A DNA stretch of 64,000 nucleotides from the NCBI GenBank assembly GCA_938074535.1, contig CALJER010000005.1, positions 1 through 64,000 of the forward strand, given 5' to 3'. Below, piece after piece: positions 58,553 to 64,000 of the stretch (its first letter is position 1; the number at the start of each line of letters is the position of its first letter). The position numbers and the translations under genes were made by a program. Source of the DNA: an uncultured archaeon. GTDB taxonomy: Archaea; Hadarchaeota; Hadarchaeia; Hadarchaeales; WYZ-LMO6. The notes beneath the pieces were generated by a model, which had not been told where the DNA came from, did not search any database, and was given only the letters and a program-made list of their open reading frames with translations.

Positions 58553-59428
58553 ATGAGGTCCAAGTTCAGGGGATGCCTGCTGGGATGCGCCGTGGGGGAT
58601 GCCCTGGGGAGCTCCTGGGGAGAGTTCTCAGGGCGCTGGACAGACGACACCCACATGATGATGGGTCTGGCCGAGTCCCTGGTGGAAAGAGGGGGCTTCG
58701 ACGGGGAGCACCTCATGCGCACCTTCATCAGAAACTACGAGGAGGAGCCCTGGAGGGGGTACGCCTCAGGTCCCCCCACCATCTTCTCCATGGTCAGGAG
58801 GGGGGTGTCCTGGAAGGAAGCCTCCAAACGGCTCTTCGGGGGCACGGGCTCCTTCGGGAACGGGGCGGCCATGAGGGTGGCACCCGTGGGCCTCCTCTAC
58901 TACGACCGTCCGGAAGAGCTCAGGAGGGTGGCCGAGGAGCAGGCCCTCCTCACCCACTCGCACGAGCTGGGGAGGGAGGGGGCGGTCCTGCAGGCCAGGG
59001 CCGTCTCCCTCGCCCTCACTGCCAGACCCCCCTCCCTCTTCGACCCCCACGACTTCCTGGAGGAGCTGCAGGCCTTCACGGTCCATCCCGTCTACAGGGA
59101 GAAGCTGGGAAGGGTGGAGAGGCTGCTGGAGGGGGGGAGACCGGGGGAGGTGGTGAGGGAGCTGGGCAACGGCGTGGAGGCCCACCGCTCCGTGCCCACC
59201 GCCATCTGTTCCTTCCTCCTGAACTTCCGCTCCTTCGAGGCCTCCCTCCTCTACGCCACGGGACTGGGTGGAGACAGGGACACCATAGGAGCCATGACGG
59301 GGGCCCTGAGCGGCGCCTACCACGGGGAGGGGGGAATACCCGCGGAGTGGAGGGAAAGGGTGGAGAGGAGGGAGCGGCTGGAGAGGCTGGCGGATCAGCT
59401 GTGGGGGCTGAAGCTCCGGGGGGGCTAA
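58553..59428 (+). CDS. ADP-ribosylglycohydrolase (DraG/ARH family)
   Basis: GDALG, TDDT, GNGAAMR, TH and GGDRDTIGAM; ATG at 58553. Confidence 0.9.
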   Translation: MRSKFRGCLLGCAVGDALGSSWGEFSGRWTDDTHMMMGLAESLVERGGFDGEHLMRTFIRNYEEEPWRGYASGPPTIFSMVRRGVSWKEASKRLFGGTGSFGNGAAMRVAPVGLLYYDRPEELRRVAEEQALLTHSHELGREGAVLQARAVSLALTARPPSLFDPHDFLEELQAFTVHPVYREKLGRVERLLEGGRPGEVVRELGNGVEAHRSVPTAICSFLLNFRSFEASLLYATGLGGDRDTIGAMTGALSGAYHGEGGIPAEWRERVERRERLERLADQLWGLKLRGG

Positions 59429-59458
59429 TCTTTTACTTCCCGCTTCCCAGAGAGGAGG

Positions 59459-60652
59459 ATGGAGCCCCCTCTTACCGAGGAACAGGAGCTCTACAGAAAA
59501 GCGGTGAGGGAGTTCCTGACCAAAACGGTGGAGCCCAGGAGCAGGGAGATCTTCGGGAGGAGGAAGATCCCCGTGGAGCTCTGGAAATCCCTGGCCGACT
59601 TCGGGCTCACGGGCCTCCTTCTCCCCGCCGAGTACGGCGGTTCGAACTCCGACTTCCCTTCCTTCCTCATCGCCGTCGAGGAGCTCTCCAGGGCGGACAG
59701 GAGCGGGTTCCTCACCGTGTGCGTGCTCCTCTCCAACACCGAGGGGCTCATCGTGGCCGAGCACGGGAGGGAGGAGCTGAAGGAGGCCCTGCTCCCCTCC
59801 ATAGCGAAGGGGAAGGCGGTGCTGGGACTGGCCTCCACCGAGCCCGGCTGCGGGACGGACTTCACCGCGGTCCGGACGAGGATAAGGAAGGAGGGGGGGG
59901 AGTACGTGGTCACGGGGGAGAAGCAGTGCATAAGCCTGGTGGCGGAGGCCAGGGAGCTGGGGGGAGGGCACCTGGTCACGGGCAAGACCTCGCCGGAGCT
60001 TGGTCCCAGGGGGATGGGCCTGATCTATGTCCCCATCGCGGAGAGGGGAGTGGAGAGCTCGGAGCTGGACACGCTCGGACCCTCGCTCGGCAGGATCAGG
60101 TACGAGGAGGTGAGGGTTCCCCTCCACCACCTGGTGGGTGAGGAGAACCGGGGGGTCTACCTCATCCAGGAGGGCTTCGTGATCACCAGGGTGGCGGTGG
60201 CCATGAGCCTGGTGGGGCCCACCCTCAGGCTCCTGGAGGAGGGTGCGGAGTATCTGAAGCAGAGGAGCTCCTTCGGGAGGCCCCTGGCGAAGTTCCAGGG
60301 GGTGCAGTTCCAGCTGGCGGAGCACCGCGCGAGGGTGGATGCGGTGCGCCTCCTCACCTACAGGGCCGGGGAGATGGTGGAGGGCCTGAGGAGGGGCGGG
60401 GGGAACCCATCCAGGGTGGCGCTGGCCGCCTCGGAGGCCAAGCTCCTGGCCTCGGTGGACTGTCTGAAGGCGGTGACGGATGCGACCATGTGGTACGGTG
60501 CCATGGGCCTCACCACCGAGCTCGACGCCCACCTCGCCCTGCGCTCGGTGCTGGGGTCCTGCATAGCGGAGGGAACGGTGGAGGCGCAGAAGATAGCCAT
60601 CGGAAGACTGCTGCTGGGGAGGGAGTTCTCCTCCGTGAGGGGGGGAACTTGA
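59459..60652 (+). CDS. Acyl-CoA dehydrogenase
   Basis: PAEYGG, STEPGCGTD, R..FGRPLAKFQGVQFQLA and IAEGTVE. Confidence 0.9.
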   Translation: MEPPLTEEQELYRKAVREFLTKTVEPRSREIFGRRKIPVELWKSLADFGLTGLLLPAEYGGSNSDFPSFLIAVEELSRADRSGFLTVCVLLSNTEGLIVAEHGREELKEALLPSIAKGKAVLGLASTEPGCGTDFTAVRTRIRKEGGEYVVTGEKQCISLVAEARELGGGHLVTGKTSPELGPRGMGLIYVPIAERGVESSELDTLGPSLGRIRYEEVRVPLHHLVGEENRGVYLIQEGFVITRVAVAMSLVGPTLRLLEEGAEYLKQRSSFGRPLAKFQGVQFQLAEHRARVDAVRLLTYRAGEMVEGLRRGGGNPSRVALAASEAKLLASVDCLKAVTDATMWYGAMGLTTELDAHLALRSVLGSCIAEGTVEAQKIAIGRLLLGREFSSVRGGT

Positions 60653-60668
60653 ACCGAAGGAACAGGGT

Positions 60669-61469
60669 ATGATGCCCCGGGAAGTCGAGGTGGGGGTGAT
60701 AGGGGGCACGGGCTTCTACCAGCTAGGGCTCTCGGAGGGGAGGTGGAGGAGGGTGAGGACCCCCTACGGGGAGGCGGAGGTGCTGGTGGGGGTGCTGGGC
60801 CCCAAGCGCGTGGCCTTTCTGCCCAGGCACGGAAGGAAGCACGAGGCTCCCCCCCACAGGGTCAACTACAGGGCCAACCTCTGGGCCCTTCACTCCCTGG
60901 GGGTGAGGAGGATCCTGGCGGTCTCCGCCTGCGGCTCCCTGCAGCCCAGGATGAAGCCGGGGGAGCTGGTGCTCCTGGACCAGTTCCTGGACTTCACGAA
61001 GGGAAGGATCTCCACCTTCCACGGGGGAGGAAAGGAGGGCGTGGTGCACGTGGACCTCACCGAGCCCTACTGCCCCGAGCTCCGGGCGGCCCTCAGGGCG
61101 GCGGCGAAGGCGGAGGGTCTCAAGCTCCATCCGAGGGGGACCTACGTGTGCACGGAGGGACCGAGGTTCGAGACGGCGGCCGAGATCAGGGCCTTCCGCA
61201 GGCTGGGGGCGGACCTGGTGGGCATGACCAACGTGCCCGAGTGCGTGCTCGCCAGGGAGCTGGAGGTGTGCTACGCGGCAGTGGGGCTGGTGACCAACTT
61301 CGCGGCGGGACTGGCGGGGACCAGGCTCACCCACACGGAGGTGGCGGAGAGGATGGGGAAGGGACTCGAGACCATAGGAAGGCTCTTCCGTTCCTCCCTC
61401 TCCAAAATTCCCCGGGAGAGGTCCTGTCCCTGCTCCAGGGCCCTCGAGGGGGCCGTGGTGAAGGTCTGA
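60669..61469 (+). CDS. mtnP: S-methyl-5'-thioadenosine/inosine phosphorylase
   Basis: IGGTG, RHG..H..PPH.VNYRAN, EGPRFET and VGMT..PE. Confidence 0.9.
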   Translation: MMPREVEVGVIGGTGFYQLGLSEGRWRRVRTPYGEAEVLVGVLGPKRVAFLPRHGRKHEAPPHRVNYRANLWALHSLGVRRILAVSACGSLQPRMKPGELVLLDQFLDFTKGRISTFHGGGKEGVVHVDLTEPYCPELRAALRAAAKAEGLKLHPRGTYVCTEGPRFETAAEIRAFRRLGADLVGMTNVPECVLARELEVCYAAVGLVTNFAAGLAGTRLTHTEVAERMGKGLETIGRLFRSSLSKIPRERSCPCSRALEGAVVKV

Positions 61470-61718
61470 TCACTCCTCAAACATTTCCTCGTAGAACTCC
61501 ACGGGCTCCAGCTCGTACTCCTGCTCGAACTTCTTTTTCTTCCTCTTCGACTCGGCTATGACCGGAATCTCCTTGGGCTCCACGCCCTTCTCCCTTATCT
61601 TGTAGCTCTCCCTGCTCCTGGCCTTCACCTTGTATCCACACTTCTTGCACACCAGCCTGGTGAGTCCCTTCGCCTTCTCAGGGAAGAGGATGTTGCCACA
61701 CCTGGGGCAAAACTCCAT
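61470..61718 (-). CDS. RpoM/TFS-like protein with only the N-terminal Zn ribbon and an acidic tail
   Basis: MEFCPRCGNILFP...LVCKKCGY; no second Zn ribbon and no RSADE motif. Confidence 0.75.
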   Translation of the reverse strand: MEFCPRCGNILFPEKAKGLTRLVCKKCGYKVKARSRESYKIREKGVEPKEIPVIAESKRKKKKFEQEYELEPVEFYEEMFEE

Positions 61719-61735
61719 TTTCTCGCTGAGGTTTT

Positions 61736-63178
61736 TTAGAGAGGGGAGGGTTTATAAAGGTATCGTTGGGGCCCCAGGCCCCCCAGGGGGAAGACCTCCT
61801 CCCCGTACCTCAGGAAGATCCTGTGGAGGTGGTAGAGGGCCCTCGCCGCCCTCCTCACCGATCCGTAGACGGGAAGGCCGTGCTTCTTGAAGATCCTCCT
61901 GACCCTGTGGGCGAAACCCCAGTCGAGCTCAGGCGGATTGGAGATCAGCACGGGCTTTCCGAACCTGAGCTGCAGCTCCCTGCACTTCTCCGCCAGCTCC
62001 TCCAGGTACTCCTCCGTCATCACCAGGTCGCGGTAGTAGGCCCCCATCTGCACCTCCAGGACCATGCCGTGGATGCCGTCGTCGGAGAGGGCCGTCTCCA
62101 GCACCCCTGGGAGGGCCCCCGAAACGAAGGCCGGCCAGACATCCAGCGGGTTCTTCAGGCTCGTGCCGGCGGCGGGCAGCATCCCCCGGAGCTTCTGCAG
62201 GGTCTCCTCCCCGAAGGTGGGAACCTGCAGACCCATCTCCACGCAGGCGTCGGTCTCCACCACGCTCACTCCCCCCGAAACCGAGGCCATGGAGACCCCC
62301 CTTCCCCTGGGTGGGGGGCAGAGGAGGAAGGCCCTGGCCGCATCCATCATCTCCTCGAAGCTCCCCACGGGGATCAGGCGGGCCTGCCTGAACACGGCCT
62401 CCCAGATCCGCTGGGACCCCGCCAGGGAGCCGGTGTGGGAGGAGGCCGCCCTGGCGCCCTCGGGTGTCATGCCTCCCTTCAGGATGAGCACGGGCTTCCT
62501 GGAGGCCGCCTCCTTCAGGGCCTCGAAGAGCTCCCTCCCCCTCCTCGTCCCCTCCACGTAGACCAGCAGCAGCCTGGTCCTCGGATCCCCGGCCAGGTAG
62601 CGCACGAAGTCGGGAGCATCCAGGTCCGCGGCGTTGCCGTAGCTCACCACCTTGCTGAACCTCACCTCCCCGAGCTCTCCCGCGGCGGTGGAGTAGATGG
62701 CGAAGGTCCCGCTCTGGGAGACGAACCCCACCGGCCCGCTCTCGTGGGGCTGACCGTTGATGAAGAAGAGACCGGATTCCGGGCAGTACACACCCATCCC
62801 GTTGGGCCCTATTATCCTGAGCTTCCCCCTCGCCAGCTCCGCTATCTCCCTCTCCAGCCTGGCCCCCTCCTCCCCCGTCTCGCTGAAACCCGAGGAGTAG
62901 ATGTGGACCGCCTTCACTCCCTTCTCCACGCAGTCCCTTATCACGTCGGGGACCACCCTGGCGGGCGTGCCCACGATGACGTAGTCCACGGGCTGGGGAA
63001 CGTCGAGGAGGCTGGGATAGCACTTCCTTCCCATGAACTCCCCGTACCTGGGGTTCACCAAAAAGAGCCTGTCGCCCAGCTTCCCCTCCGAGATGGCGGA
63101 GATGTACCCCAGCGTTTCCGCGGAGGCCCCCACCACGGCCACGGACCTGGGGTGAAAAATTTCTTCCAGCTCCGGCAC
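61736..63178 (-). CDS. NDP-forming acyl-CoA synthetase alpha subunit (AcdA-like)
   Basis: PRSVAVVGAS, SGFSE, IGPNGMG, SQSG, SHTGSLAG and NPLD. Confidence 0.85.
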   Translation of the reverse strand: MPELEEIFHPRSVAVVGASAETLGYISAISEGKLGDRLFLVNPRYGEFMGRKCYPSLLDVPQPVDYVIVGTPARVVPDVIRDCVEKGVKAVHIYSSGFSETGEEGARLEREIAELARGKLRIIGPNGMGVYCPESGLFFINGQPHESGPVGFVSQSGTFAIYSTAAGELGEVRFSKVVSYGNAADLDAPDFVRYLAGDPRTRLLLVYVEGTRRGRELFEALKEAASRKPVLILKGGMTPEGARAASSHTGSLAGSQRIWEAVFRQARLIPVGSFEEMMDAARAFLLCPPPRGRGVSMASVSGGVSVVETDACVEMGLQVPTFGEETLQKLRGMLPAAGTSLKNPLDVWPAFVSGALPGVLETALSDDGIHGMVLEVQMGAYYRDLVMTEEYLEELAEKCRELQLRFGKPVLISNPPELDWGFAHRVRRIFKKHGLPVYGSVRRAARALYHLHRIFLRYGEEVFPLGGLGPQRYLYKPSPL

Positions 63179-63208
63179 TTTTCCTTTTTGCCGCGGCCCA
63201 AATAAAGC

Positions 63209-64000
63209 TTAATCCTTCCCCAGCACCCGCGAGATGCTCCTCCTGAAGGGGGGGCGGAGAATGCCCTCCTCCGTCACGATGGCCGTGACCAGCTCGGGAG
63301 GGGTGAGGTCGAAGGCGGGGTTGAGCACCCTCACACCCTCGGGCACCAGCCTCCTGCCTGCCACCTCCGCCACCTCCCTCTCCCCCCTCTGCTCGATCTC
63401 CACCTCCTCCGCCCTCCCTACCGGGTCGAAGGTGGAGAGGGGGGCGAAGACGTAAAAGGGGACACCGTGGCGCCTGGCCAACGAGGCGATGGGATAGGTC
63501 CCCACCTTGTTTACCACGTGACCGTCCCTGAAGACGCGGTCGGCCCCCACCGCCACCAGGTCCACCATCCCCTTCGACATGCAGTATCCCACCATCCCGT
63601 CCGTGATCACCGTCACCTCTATTCCCTCCCTGGAGAGCTCCCAGGCCGTAAGCCTGGCCCCCTGGAGGAGGGGCCTGGTCTCCGTGGCCAGCACCCTCAC
63701 CCTCTTCCCCCGCTTCCTGGCGAACCTGACGGCCGAAAGGGCCGTCCCGTACTTCCCCGGGGTGGCCAGCCAGCCCGCGTTGCAGTGGGTGAGAACGGTG
63801 GCGCCGTCCCCGATGAGCCCCGCCCCGTGTTCGCCCATCCTGCGCTCCGCCTCGTCGTACTCCCTCATCCTCCTCCTCACCTCCTCCACCGCCGCCCTGC
63901 CCAGGTCACCGCCCTCTCGGGCCGCCCTCCTCACCTCCTCCATCACCTGCTCCAGCCTGCGGGAGAGGTCGGCTCCCGTGGGCCTGGTGCCCCTCAGCCT
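63209..64000 (-). CDS. mtnA: Methylthioribose-1-phosphate isomerase (eIF-2B family), 5' end off-window
   Basis: TRPTGADL, LTHCNAG.LAT, ETRPLLQGARLTAWE, GADR, NKVGTY and NPAFD.TP. Confidence 0.9.
   Translation of the reverse strand, partial: RLRGTRPTGADLSRRLEQVMEEVRRAAREGGDLGRAAVEEVRRRMREYDEAERRMGEHGAGLIGDGATVLTHCNAGWLATPGKYGTALSAVRFARKRGKRVRVLATETRPLLQGARLTAWELSREGIEVTVITDGMVGYCMSKGMVDLVAVGADRVFRDGHVVNKVGTYPIASLARRHGVPFYVFAPLSTFDPVGRAEEVEIEQRGEREVAEVAGRRLVPEGVRVLNPAFDLTPPELVTAIVTEEGILRPPFRRSISRVLGKD

Overview
A 64-kb, gene-dense, high-GC archaeal chromosomal segment. Archaeal markers include radA, multi-OB RPA, rpoE'/spt4, eS1, pcc1, dnaG, class I LysRS, dph5, CTP-dependent ribK, an archaeal SRP RNA and an intron-containing tRNA-Thr. 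The gene mix (methanogen-type SerRS, H4MPT-type methylene dehydrogenase, cooC/cooT, class II HMG-CoA reductase, acyl-CoA catabolism) suggests an anaerobic thermophilic euryarchaeal-superphylum lineage such as Hadarchaeota; this taxonomy is inference only. Most of the window is housekeeping. I found no CRISPR array, transposase or provirus. Highlights: (1) a methylene-H4MPT/H4F dehydrogenase fused to a TraB/TIKI-like N-terminal domain; (2) a clean three-way-junction RNA leader ahead of an uncalled CxxC-x17-CxxC gene, and a second multi-hairpin leader ahead of dnaG; (3) repeated apparent CTG initiation in five genes; (4) a wHTH-fused LigD-type primase-polymerase divergent from endonuclease V, plus a stand-alone LigD phosphoesterase; (5) a PHD-like C4HC3 microprotein and other uncalled Zn-finger microproteins; (6) an in-frame amber in a Zn-ribbon-NuoE gene, a tautomerase with a GCG in place of its start codon, and several short decayed gene scars. 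All product calls come from motif recognition by eye; no database searches were run.
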